Virus record (IMG/VR): IMGVR_UViG_3300009184_000002
Strand: one strand, 5' to 3'
DNA from: an uncultured virus (IMG/VR IMGVR_UViG_3300009184_000002)
Taxonomy: Duplodnaviria; Heunggongvirae; Uroviricota; Caudoviricetes
DNA length: 20,000 bases
Shown here: positions 9,655 through 17,605 of the stretch, in pieces
Position numbering within the stretch: position 1 is the first letter of the stretch
Layout: every line of letters starts with the position of its first letter
Position numbers and translations under genes: made by a program
The notes under the pieces: model-generated
The model's input: only the letters and a program-made list of their open reading frames with translations
Database searches by the model: none
What the model was told of the DNA's origin: nothing

Positions 9655-11804
9655 TATGGGCGCTCGTCACCATATTCTGCGGTAATAAGTAAACGACCCA
9701 TTTCATAGTTACCATTAATATCATTAGAAGTAAATGTTAAACTAACTTCTCTATGTTCTACTCTTAAGTCAATCTTACCGGTGTCTGACGCAAATGAAAA
9801 TGGCCCAGAAGTTTCTACTGACCCTCTAGCAAATTTACGACCTTGAACATCCAGTGTCATGGTGCCTGACTGTACAAAATCTGGCTCAATACGGCGTAAG
9901 TGCATGCGTCGATTTGGACCCTGTGGTGTATCTTGTGATGGTGTTCCACCAACCCAACTAATGTCGCAGGTTGTAAAGCTAGATGTAACGGCAAGTTCTT
10001 GTGAGAAGGTTACTTTATTGTAACCATACTCTTGTTGCCAAATTGGATAACCACCCTCTATATAATACGCTACATTACCAACCGTGACAGCTGGAGAAAA
10101 GTTTTTTGTTGCAGTTACTAAAGTAACTCCAGGAGCCGGTACTAGACCAGTGATAATTAATGTGCTTGTTGCAACAACATAAACTGGGCTTGCTGGATTA
10201 CCAGAGTTTGAAAAAGAAAAATAATCACCTGCAGAAAAAACTGGTGTTGCATCACCAGCTACATAAAATTGATTTGCTGCGGGGGCTGGCTGACCAGCGG
10301 GTGTTGCAATCAAAGTGTACGGGGAGCTATAAGTTACTTCATAGTCCCAACCACACCAAATAGGTGTTGGGAAAATCTCTGTGGTATATCCACAAGAACG
10401 ACGAGCGCCATTAGCCTGACCAGCGTCATACCAAATCTTGTCTTTTACGTTATAGATAATGGCATCAGTTACTTCTGTGGCCGAACCACGGGGATAAAAG
10501 AACCAGATCTCGTTATAGCGTGGTACTTTAGTAGTCCATACTTTTTGACGTTGCTCAAAGTTAACATTGTCAAATAGCCAGTTTACATTTTTATCATTAG
10601 GCAGAACGCTAACCACACCGTTGTATTGATAGAAACGGTCAACACCAAGCCAGTAATACACACCGTCCATCTCGGCAAAACAAGATGAGGACATTGTTGA
10701 GATCTGACTAGAAATAATATCGTAACGCCAGTATAGAGGAGCTGCACCAGTAAACGATACACGAATCAATGAATCAGTAGCCCAGAACAAACCAGATGGT
10801 GAGTTAGTACCGCCCCGTACAGGCATACCCTTAATAACCTTGGAAGAGGACATGTTGATTTGGTTGGCTGTTGCACCGTTCCAATCGGTTAATGTCTGAG
10901 TACCATAGGTTGAATCAACATGGTTGTTAGCAATGTAACCATTATCACCATACACAAATATGTAGGGGTATAAGACACACACTCCACCGTTTACACTAAT
11001 AGGTCGATATGTTGGGTTTTGACCTGTGCTATCAGCCAAGCCATAAAAGTTCCAAACTCCCACAGACACAGGAATAATATCACCATATAAAACTTGAGTA
11101 TTTTCAGCGTTGTCAATGTTAGTTAAATTTAGCCCCGGGTGCGCTAATACTTTTAATGCACCACCCGCTGGAGAATACTGTAGGTCAAACTGCCACAAGT
11201 TACGGGTATCGGCTGCAAATGTTGTATTTGCAATCCATACATTAGTAACTGTTGTTAACGCAGGTAAAGCTGGAGTAAAAGTTACTGTTGTGTTTGGTGT
11301 TGCAAACACTGGTGTGCCGACTGTTGTATATACTACGGGATTAGTCTGACTAAATATAACTTTAGTACCCGCTGGATACACCGTTGAGAAATTTTTAATT
11401 GGTGTTGATGTACTAGTTATTGTAAAGGTGGTTGTGGTGTTAGCAGAAATAGACTGTTGAGAATAACCGGGAATTATATTTGCAATATACGGACCAGAAC
11501 CTACACCAATAGTGTTGCCAGTAATAAACACTTCAATACCATAGCGGTTACCAGTGAAGATGTAGTTAACACCGTTGTATGGACTGACAACCATACCCCG
11601 TGGTATGGCATTAAACGTACTAAAAATTTCACGGTAGCCACCCATTTTTTTAGGTGTACCACGTTGAAATCTGCACCACACACCATCTTGGTAATCACGA
11701 GATTCAAACTTAGTACCATCACGTTTAATACCAGCTTGTACTGCCAGTGTATACACTAGGTTGTACTGCTCTTGTGCTGTTCCAGAGTTTTGTTGATCAG
11801 CCAT
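9654..11804 (-). CDS. Tail nozzle / tail tubular protein B-like (P22 gp10 / T7 gp12 analogue, 716 aa)
   Basis: Beta-rich, propeller-like sequence. N-terminal GIKRDGT...WCRFQRGTPKKMGG, central YWLGVDRFYQYNG...YNEIWFFYP...IIYN...WY, and C-terminal RRIEPDF...KIDLRV...GNYEMG match podophage nozzle patterns. Size and position after the adaptors also fit. Confidence 0.7.
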   Translation of the reverse strand: MADQQNSGTAQEQYNLVYTLAVQAGIKRDGTKFESRDYQDGVWCRFQRGTPKKMGGYREIFSTFNAIPRGMVVSPYNGVNYIFTGNRYGIEVFITGNTIGVGSGPYIANIIPGYSQQSISANTTTTFTITSTSTPIKNFSTVYPAGTKVIFSQTNPVVYTTVGTPVFATPNTTVTFTPALPALTTVTNVWIANTTFAADTRNLWQFDLQYSPAGGALKVLAHPGLNLTNIDNAENTQVLYGDIIPVSVGVWNFYGLADSTGQNPTYRPISVNGGVCVLYPYIFVYGDNGYIANNHVDSTYGTQTLTDWNGATANQINMSSSKVIKGMPVRGGTNSPSGLFWATDSLIRVSFTGAAPLYWRYDIISSQISTMSSSCFAEMDGVYYWLGVDRFYQYNGVVSVLPNDKNVNWLFDNVNFEQRQKVWTTKVPRYNEIWFFYPRGSATEVTDAIIYNVKDKIWYDAGQANGARRSCGYTTEIFPTPIWCGWDYEVTYSSPYTLIATPAGQPAPAANQFYVAGDATPVFSAGDYFSFSNSGNPASPVYVVATSTLIITGLVPAPGVTLVTATKNFSPAVTVGNVAYYIEGGYPIWQQEYGYNKVTFSQELAVTSSFTTCDISWVGGTPSQDTPQGPNRRMHLRRIEPDFVQSGTMTLDVQGRKFARGSVETSGPFSFASDTGKIDLRVEHREVSLTFTSNDINGNYEMGRLLITAEYGDERP

Positions 11805-13087
11805 TAGAATGTTCCACCAAGAACACCACCGGTTGCAGTAACAGTTTTAGTTGTTGAAATTGTAGCTGGGGTAGTAATTTGAGGAGTACTTGGATTAGAT
11901 CCATTTAGCGTTAATATGTTAGCACCGTTTGCTGTTAAACCAAGTGACCCAGCGGCACTTAAATACATACCAGTTGTAGTATCTGTTAAAAATGAAAAAG
12001 TAGGAAGTAATGCAGAACCATTTGCTCCAGTAAAATAGACAGATGAGCTTTGTGAAAGAATAATTAATTGATTGCCATCTGACAATGCGGTAATAATACT
12101 TCCAGGCGCCAATACAGTAGGCGCTGCCATGGAGCCAGAAATACTAAATGTGATGTTATATAGGACAGTTGTAGTATCATTAATTAAAATGTACAGGGCT
12201 GTTGTGGATGGTAATACTACATTTAAGTTAGTTGTACGTGTGCCAGATAGTGATACATAAGTTTGAATAACTGGGGCAAAAGTAACAAGGCTTAACGTCG
12301 GGCCGACAATATTATCCACATCATAAACGGCAGATGTAAACGTAACGTTTGATGGTGTTTGCAGACCAATGGTGTAAAACTCAGTGGTTGACTGCTGGTA
12401 AAATATAAAGCCAGATCCACCCGGAGGTACACTAACATTGGAGGCTTTGTTAATTAACTGACCACCAGTTGGCGTTAAAACTATTGAGCCCGTGCCGTTG
12501 TTTCTGAACCCAATCCACCATCCAGCGGAAAGCGTTGAGGCTAGTGGTATGGTAAACACACCGTTACCACCAGTCCAAACAAATGTATTGGCACGGCTTG
12601 CGTTGTTAATAGTTGGGGTGGAGCTAGAAGTAATTGGGGCTTGGGTAACGGCTAACTTACCACTAATAGCGGCAAGACCGGCGCCAGCCAAAGTAGCAGC
12701 ATCGGCAGAAGATGTGCCAGTGCCAAAGGTGACATTTTGCCATACACCAGCTGATGTGCTGTTGTTTGACAAATAAAAGTATTTAGACTCACCGGCTGCA
12801 ATACTTACCGAACCAGATCCACCAAACTGTGCAATAAAAAATGGTTGTGCACCAAAGTTACGAAACAGGATGTCGATACCATTAGATCCTTGTGAGGCAT
12901 CTGGTAAAAATACTGTTAGGTTACTAGTGGACGGTGTGCAGTCCATAATGCGTGAGGCAGGCACCTGTGTGCCATTAAGAACGGCAGGCCAGTATAGCTG
13001 CGTGTTAGTGCTAAAAGCTAACGCATAGTATGTGACATCCGTCTGCTGGACAACGTCACCGGTAAATGGCGATACGTATGACGGCAT
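11804..13087 (-). CDS. Tail appendage / proximal fibre-like structural protein (427 aa)
   Basis: Thr/Ser/Gly-rich all-beta repeats (LPDASQGSNG.DILFRN, IPLASTLSAGWWIGFRNNGTG, LPSTTALYILIND). The C-terminal GSALLPTFSFLTDTTTGMY segment is typical of phage fibre shafts. Confidence 0.6.
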   Translation of the reverse strand: MPSYVSPFTGDVVQQTDVTYYALAFSTNTQLYWPAVLNGTQVPASRIMDCTPSTSNLTVFLPDASQGSNGIDILFRNFGAQPFFIAQFGGSGSVSIAAGESKYFYLSNNSTSAGVWQNVTFGTGTSSADAATLAGAGLAAISGKLAVTQAPITSSSTPTINNASRANTFVWTGGNGVFTIPLASTLSAGWWIGFRNNGTGSIVLTPTGGQLINKASNVSVPPGGSGFIFYQQSTTEFYTIGLQTPSNVTFTSAVYDVDNIVGPTLSLVTFAPVIQTYVSLSGTRTTNLNVVLPSTTALYILINDTTTVLYNITFSISGSMAAPTVLAPGSIITALSDGNQLIILSQSSSVYFTGANGSALLPTFSFLTDTTTGMYLSAAGSLGLTANGANILTLNGSNPSTPQITTPATISTTKTVTATGGVLGGTF

Positions 13088-13090
13088 TGA

Positions 13091-13711
13091 TTAAGGTTCC
13101 TGTACTGTTGTATTGCGATCAATACGACGTGAGTTGTCTTCTTTCTTAAGGGAGGCAATACAGTCTGTGTAGTATGCTTTCCATACAGGCAGTTTGTCTA
13201 GTGCCTTTAAGTATCCTTGTGCTTGCAACAAAGTCCCAAACAACATTGCCTGTGGGGCAATTTGAGTAAACAAATTAGTCTGATTAGTTGAGTCTAATGG
13301 TTGCACTAGACTGTAGTAGATAATTTCCACTGGGTAATTTGCATTTGGAGATGGGGCAAAGTTCCAGTTGTTGTAGTCATACTCAGCATAAAACTTTGGT
13401 TGCCCTGTGGTAGACTCAGAGTTGTATTGTGCAATATAATCCTGTGAACGCAATACTACAGGAGCGCCATTAATCTTCATGGAGACTGTTTTTCTCCAGC
13501 GGGTTGGTTTTATTAACACGGGATTAGAGGCAGTGAGTGTAGTTGTCACGACAACCAATTGCAGTAATGTCTTTAACTCAGCGGCAATAGCAGACTGAGC
13601 CAGACCAATTAGGGTCGGGATCATTGCTACAAACTCGGCGTCGTTACGCTCCATGTACTGTTGAACATCTAGCACCAAGTTATCGTAGGTTTGAACGTAG
13701 GCTGTAGGCAT
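13091..13711 (-). CDS. Head-tail adaptor-like protein (206 aa)
   Basis: TYDNLVLDVQQYMER...IPTLIGLAQ, GQPKFYA...FAPSPNANY.VEIIYY and TNLFTQIAPQAMLFGTL..A..YLK...W...Y match the podophage adaptor pattern (T7 gp11 / P22 gp4-like). Confidence 0.65.
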   Translation of the reverse strand: MPTAYVQTYDNLVLDVQQYMERNDAEFVAMIPTLIGLAQSAIAAELKTLLQLVVVTTTLTASNPVLIKPTRWRKTVSMKINGAPVVLRSQDYIAQYNSESTTGQPKFYAEYDYNNWNFAPSPNANYPVEIIYYSLVQPLDSTNQTNLFTQIAPQAMLFGTLLQAQGYLKALDKLPVWKAYYTDCIASLKKEDNSRRIDRNTTVQEP

Positions 13712-13715
13712 TTAA

Positions 13716-14795
13716 TTATCTAGTATAATAACTGATGTTGGGTTGGAAGTAGATTGGTGACTTATCACGATCTTCATCTTCAAATTGCTGACGTGCGTCC
13801 ATTGCTAACTTTTCCAAATACGCAACCCGATTTAAATCAGTGCTTGGTAACTGCATAGCCAATCTATGTGATAGTGCGGTTTGGAAGTAATTGAGTGCAC
13901 GATCTGGCATATACAATTCGTTAGTCAACGATCCAACATCTTGTGGCTGACATTCTATGATTAATGAGAATGCTTGGAAGTTGTTATTTGGTACTGGCCA
14001 TAGATACATTTCTGGATCAATCTGACGATTAAACCAATACTGTAGTGAGCGTTGACTAGGGAATTGTTTGTTGGGCAGGGAAAAATAATCGGTACGATTG
14101 AGTCGTGCTAGTGGGATTACTTGTTGTGATTGTGCAAACTGAATAGCACGAAGAGAATAGGTACTGCCACCAGTACGGTTGTTTAGCCTATAGTAGCTAA
14201 ACCCCTGTGTGGGGTCGATGTTGTAGTACTGCCACTGACGGTCGGCTAATGTAACCGTTGGGAATGATTCCCAAGTAGTCCATGTAATGCCGTCGTTGCT
14301 GACTTGAAAGTCAAGGTTGTAGGTAGCACTGCCACCGGGGGCATAGGCATTAAAGCCAACGTAGAATAACCTTGTTGCTTGAGAATAAGACGCACCAAAG
14401 TAGTTGGCACCCAATGTAGTTGTTGCAAATAGGTTTAAGTCTGCGTTTGTGCTTTGATTAAACAACAACGGAGCGTTAGCATTACTTGTAGGAAGAGCAG
14501 AAGTAATTGCTGGGTTCACAAGGTAAATCCAGTTAGCCTCTAGTACATCAACACAGTTGACTGGCATAGGAAGTACTTGCTGGTTTGTCTGTGCACCCAA
14601 TACAACAATCTCTTGTAACCAAATATTAATACCACGGTTGGCTGAGTTTTGGAGAATGTAAAACAGTGCTTGCTTACCAGCTTGCACATACTCTGGTGTC
14701 ATCTCTTCCGAGGTTTTCCCTGCGTCACGATACGCATAGGAAATTAACTGGTCAACATTGACCTTAGTCTGATTGTATGTGCCACTATATGCCAT
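13716..14795 (-). CDS. Head-tail connector/adaptor-like protein with an inserted carbohydrate-binding-like domain (359 aa)
   Basis: Flanks MAYSGT...AYRDAG...NRGINIW and PLARLNRTDY..LPNK...QYWFNRQ..P..YLWPVP...EDRD match a common phage connector family. The central FQVSNDGITWT...YYRL segment resembles an F5/8 type C (discoidin) domain. Confidence 0.6.
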   Translation of the reverse strand: MAYSGTYNQTKVNVDQLISYAYRDAGKTSEEMTPEYVQAGKQALFYILQNSANRGINIWLQEIVVLGAQTNQQVLPMPVNCVDVLEANWIYLVNPAITSALPTSNANAPLLFNQSTNADLNLFATTTLGANYFGASYSQATRLFYVGFNAYAPGGSATYNLDFQVSNDGITWTTWESFPTVTLADRQWQYYNIDPTQGFSYYRLNNRTGGSTYSLRAIQFAQSQQVIPLARLNRTDYFSLPNKQFPSQRSLQYWFNRQIDPEMYLWPVPNNNFQAFSLIIECQPQDVGSLTNELYMPDRALNYFQTALSHRLAMQLPSTDLNRVAYLEKLAMDARQQFEDEDRDKSPIYFQPNISYYTR

Positions 14796-14798
14796 TGT

Positions 14799-14966
14799 TT
14801 AACGACCTCTGCCAGATGCACGCTTCATTACTTGTTTAGGTAAATTCTTAGATACTGGACCAGCTTTCATAAACTCTTTACCTACTTTTTTAGGAATGCC
14901 TAGTGTGCTTTTACCAGCTGCAGCAGCACCCATGGCGCCTTTTTGAGCTTCTGATTTATATGGCAT
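14799..14966 (-). CDS. Small basic phage protein (55 aa)
   Basis: Hand translation: [60 protein letters not shown] overlap at 14966, and it fills the gap exactly. Below the ORF-track length cutoff. Confidence 0.75.
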   Translation of the reverse strand: MPYKSEAQKGAMGAAAAGKSTLGIPKKVGKEFMKAGPVSKNLPKQVMKRASGRGR

Positions 14967-15448
14967 TATGAGCAAGTTCCACCAGACATCATCTTCTTAA
15001 CTTTTCCACCGTTACGCTTGTAACCCATTTTGTTACGTACATTGGTTGGCAATTTAGCTAAACCTGGATTTTCTTGCTCATCAACTTCTTCTAAAGAGCC
15101 ACCACCAGCTAACATTTTTGGTTTGCAGTCTTTAGCATCATCCATATTCTTGATGTCTTCTTTGGTTTTCTTAGCACCAAATACACCACCACCACATTTG
15201 TACTTTTTAACAGTGCCACATTCTTTTTTAGCACGACCACCTTTTTTGAGTTTGGATAGGTCGGTCTTTTCTCCGGGGTGCTCTTGCTTGTCGTGCATAG
15301 CAAATGCTTTTTTAACAACCTTTTTGTCTTTAGAGATGTCTTCTTTCATTTCACTTTTTTCGGAATGACGTGATTTATAGACAGATCCGCCTTCCTTATA
15401 ACAAGGAATGTCAGACTTCATTTTGGTATTTTGTTTGTAATCGTTCAT
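14966..15448 (-). CDS. Lys-rich low-complexity protein with repeated x-x-GG motifs (160 aa), probable virion/core-associated protein
   Basis: AAGGA Shine-Dalgarno upstream. Six copies of a (Y/L/M)-x-x-GG type motif. First gene after the conserved intergenic motif. Confidence 0.65.
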   Translation of the reverse strand: MNDYKQNTKMKSDIPCYKEGGSVYKSRHSEKSEMKEDISKDKKVVKKAFAMHDKQEHPGEKTDLSKLKKGGRAKKECGTVKKYKCGGGVFGAKKTKEDIKNMDDAKDCKPKMLAGGGSLEEVDEQENPGLAKLPTNVRNKMGYKRNGGKVKKMMSGGTCS

Positions 15449-15465
15449 ATGGTTTCCTTAAAGAC

Positions 15466-15508
15466 TCCTAATACTACTTATGCAAAAATGGGGTTGTTTA
15501 CGCCCCTA
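15466..15508 (-). promoter_or_regulatory. Conserved intergenic motif copy 2 (candidate phage late promoter with hairpin)
   Basis: Minus strand TAGGGGCGTAAACAACCCCATTTTTGCATAAGTAGTATTAGGA. Gapless 31/40 match to 9361-9400. Directly upstream of the neck/tail operon. Confidence 0.6.
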
Positions 15509-16036
15509 CTCGTTAGCTAAAAACAAAGCTCGTTCTGCTTGTCTACGTTTTTTTAAACCTGGGGTTGTCCAGTTCATAAAGGCGTCTGCCGCCTTTTGGG
15601 TGTCGCCTTGATTAAGGTGGTAGACTACCTCTGAGCGAACCATTCTGTCCGGCCCAATGTTATGGCATAGGCTGTGTAAGGCGTCAGCTTGGGTTCTGTT
15701 AACCATGACCTTTATAGCCGATTCTAGGGCATCTGAGCACATTTTAAGGTCTTGGTGTAGCAACCCTATTACCTCTGCCTCAGAAAGCTCCCTATGGAGC
15801 ATATGACGATCCTGTGGGCGTATTAAATGCCCTACTCCAATTGTCCACTTGCCGTTAACATCTTGGTAGGCTTTGGTGCGAAATCCTTCAAACCCAGTAA
15901 TTAAATCAATGGTGGACATTGCCACCCATTCAAACTTCTTCTCGTATTGTACTAGCCAATCACCCAACGGAGGGTAGGTCACAGACCCAAAAACGATGGC
16001 GGCAGTACAGATACAAGATGTAATAATCTTGTACAT
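15506..16036 (-). CDS. GH24 (T4/P21-type) lysozyme with N-terminal signal-anchor, probable SAR endolysin (176 aa)
   Basis: Catalytic E-x8-D-x5-T triad in FEGFRTKAYQDVNGKWTIGVGH. C-terminal GLKKRRQAERALF. Weakly hydrophobic N-terminus MYKIITSCICTAAIVFGSV. AGGAGG Shine-Dalgarno at 16041-16046. Confidence 0.9.
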   Translation of the reverse strand: MYKIITSCICTAAIVFGSVTYPPLGDWLVQYEKKFEWVAMSTIDLITGFEGFRTKAYQDVNGKWTIGVGHLIRPQDRHMLHRELSEAEVIGLLHQDLKMCSDALESAIKVMVNRTQADALHSLCHNIGPDRMVRSEVVYHLNQGDTQKAADAFMNWTTPGLKKRRQAERALFLANE

Positions 16037-16047
16037 GGTACCTCCTA

Positions 16048-16068
16048 TTTCGTAATTATATTACGAAA
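16048..16068. repeat. Perfect 9-bp inverted repeat between the two endolysin genes
   Basis: tttcgtaat-tat-attacgaaa. Overlaps the M15 peptidase stop codon and abuts the lysozyme Shine-Dalgarno. Confidence 0.8.
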
Positions 16069-16492
16069 ATGCTCTTGTGCCTGTTTTGTCGATGATTAGA
16101 GATTGTCGGCGAGGATTACCGCCAGTAGTATTAGGAACAGAAATATGTGTCCAGCGGTCAAATTCTCGAATAAGTTGGTCATACCCAATCTCCGATGCAA
16201 TTATTGCCCTTACAACCTCGTCGGGCGTCATGTTAGGGACACGGATGTCTGCAGCGCAGCCCACCCGATGTTGGCTCGAATCTTTGCTTCCAACGGCATC
16301 ATTCACGGCCTTAGAGCGAAATGCGCTGTTCACCATAATAGGCTTTCCGCCTAATAGGAGTTTAACATCTTCTAGGAGGCCAGCTAAACGGATTAGGTTG
16401 GCTGTTTCTTGCGGGTTGGGTGTGTTGTCGAACTCACGGTGGTCCGTGTGCGTTAGTTCGTCTAATGTAAAGTGTACGCTAAGATTTGTCAT
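16061..16492 (-). CDS. Peptidase M15 family (M15A/M15_3) Zn-dependent endolysin (143 aa)
   Basis: LSVHFTLDEL, NSAFRS..VN.AVGS..SSQH..GCAADI and DQLIREF..WTHIS provide the SxH-x6-D and downstream H zinc ligands. Confidence 0.9.
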   Translation of the reverse strand: MTNLSVHFTLDELTHTDHREFDNTPNPQETANLIRLAGLLEDVKLLLGGKPIMVNSAFRSKAVNDAVGSKDSSQHRVGCAADIRVPNMTPDEVVRAIIASEIGYDQLIREFDRWTHISVPNTTGGNPRRQSLIIDKTGTRAFS

Positions 16493-16752
16493 TTAGTCTT
16501 GTTTCTTTCTTCTATTAACTTAACTCGGACATGAAGTTCGTGTAGTTCTTTGTAGATTTCTTCTCTGATCCGTGCCCGTTTTTCTGCTGATATGGGGCTG
16601 TCTGTTGGTACGCCTTCAGTTGTAATCAACGCTGGCATCTTGCCTTCAATCTGAGTAAGGCGAGTTTGAAATGAGGATACTTGTCCAAGCAACCAGCCCA
16701 TGCAGACTACAACAATAGGAATAACAGCTTTTAAAAGGTCTTGCATATTCAT
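16489..16752 (-). CDS. Small single-TM membrane protein with coiled coil, lysis-associated (87 aa)
   Basis: N-terminal TM (AVIPIVVVCMGWLLG) followed by heptad-like segments. ATGA-coupled on both sides, between the holin and the endolysin. Confidence 0.6.
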   Translation of the reverse strand: MNMQDLLKAVIPIVVVCMGWLLGQVSSFQTRLTQIEGKMPALITTEGVPTDSPISAEKRARIREEIYKELHELHVRVKLIEERNKTK

Positions 16753-17150
16753 TTATTCTTGCTCCGAATTTCGGTTATTTTCTCCAGGCTACGTGAGCCG
16801 AAATAGGCCCCGAAGACGAGCATGCCCCAGTTACCTAATAGGGTAACGTAGCTCTCGTTGGCGTTGAGTCCAAAGGCGGACATCATGGCAAATACAAAGT
16901 AGCCGCCAAGGATCGCTATGAGCGCCATGGGTCGAATGTTTTTAGACAGCCAAGAGTCAGAGCTCATGTCGGCCTTCCAACGATCAGATACATTGTTCTG
17001 CTCGTTCATGTCGGCTTGGATGTCTGCCAGCTTACCGTCTTGGGCGAGCTTGGCAAGCTCTAACTGGGCTTGTGCCTTTTGGGCTGGGTCTGGAATTACT
17101 TTGTCTAGTATTTTTAAACCAGCACCAACGATGTCATCTATTCCGAACAT
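16749..17150 (-). CDS. Holin, 3-TM GTA-holin-like family (133 aa)
   Basis: KILDKVIPDP.QKAQAQLEL, RWKADMSSDSWLSKNIRP, two hydrophobic segments and GAYFGSRSLEK are characteristic of this family. Directly upstream of the endolysins. Confidence 0.8.
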   Translation of the reverse strand: MFGIDDIVGAGLKILDKVIPDPAQKAQAQLELAKLAQDGKLADIQADMNEQNNVSDRWKADMSSDSWLSKNIRPMALIAILGGYFVFAMMSAFGLNANESYVTLLGNWGMLVFGAYFGSRSLEKITEIRSKNK

Positions 17151-17599
17151 TATTTATAGCCCCAAGTAAGGTACCACGCAATGACCGCAGCCGCTGCAAA
17201 ACAATAGAACTGAACTCTTCTAACTGCCTTAAGATCGTGTTGAAACTCTTCATTGTTTTTTCTTTCCATGTTCTCTATGTCTAGTTTTATTCTGAGCAGA
17301 GCGTCCCACTCCTTGGCCCCGTACTTTCTAACAAAGTCAATCTTGAGCTTTGCCTCTTGGTCGGAGATTTGTTTCTTGTGGTTCCACTGCTCTAGTGCCT
17401 TGATGAGCGCGTGTTCTTTTTTGAACTCTGCCTCACGGGCTGCCCGTTTACGTTCTTGGGCTCTTTTGTTTGCAAGGTCGACCGCCTCTTGTTGTACGTC
17501 TGCGATCGACTTGCTTAGTTGTTGTGATCCCTCACGGGCGGAGTCTAAACTCGCTGCAAGGGTCTTTGCGCCCTCTGTTATTCCGAATGGGTCTGCCAT
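17150..17599 (-). CDS. Coiled-coil protein with C-terminal TM anchor (149 aa), lysis block
   Basis: Charged helical body and C-terminal FYCFAAAAVIAWYLTW. TAATG-coupled to the holin. Confidence 0.6.
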   Translation of the reverse strand: MADPFGITEGAKTLAASLDSAREGSQQLSKSIADVQQEAVDLANKRAQERKRAAREAEFKKEHALIKALEQWNHKKQISDQEAKLKIDFVRKYGAKEWDALLRIKLDIENMERKNNEEFQHDLKAVRRVQFYCFAAAAVIAWYLTWGYK

Positions 17600-17605
17600 T
17601 ATTCA

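Noticed and set aside
16055..16092. Sigma70 promoter for the lysozyme (TATAAT at 16055-16060, minus strand)
   Set aside because: The nearest -35-like hexamer (TCGACA, 16087-16092) is 26 nt away, which is the wrong spacing. Only the palindrome is reported.
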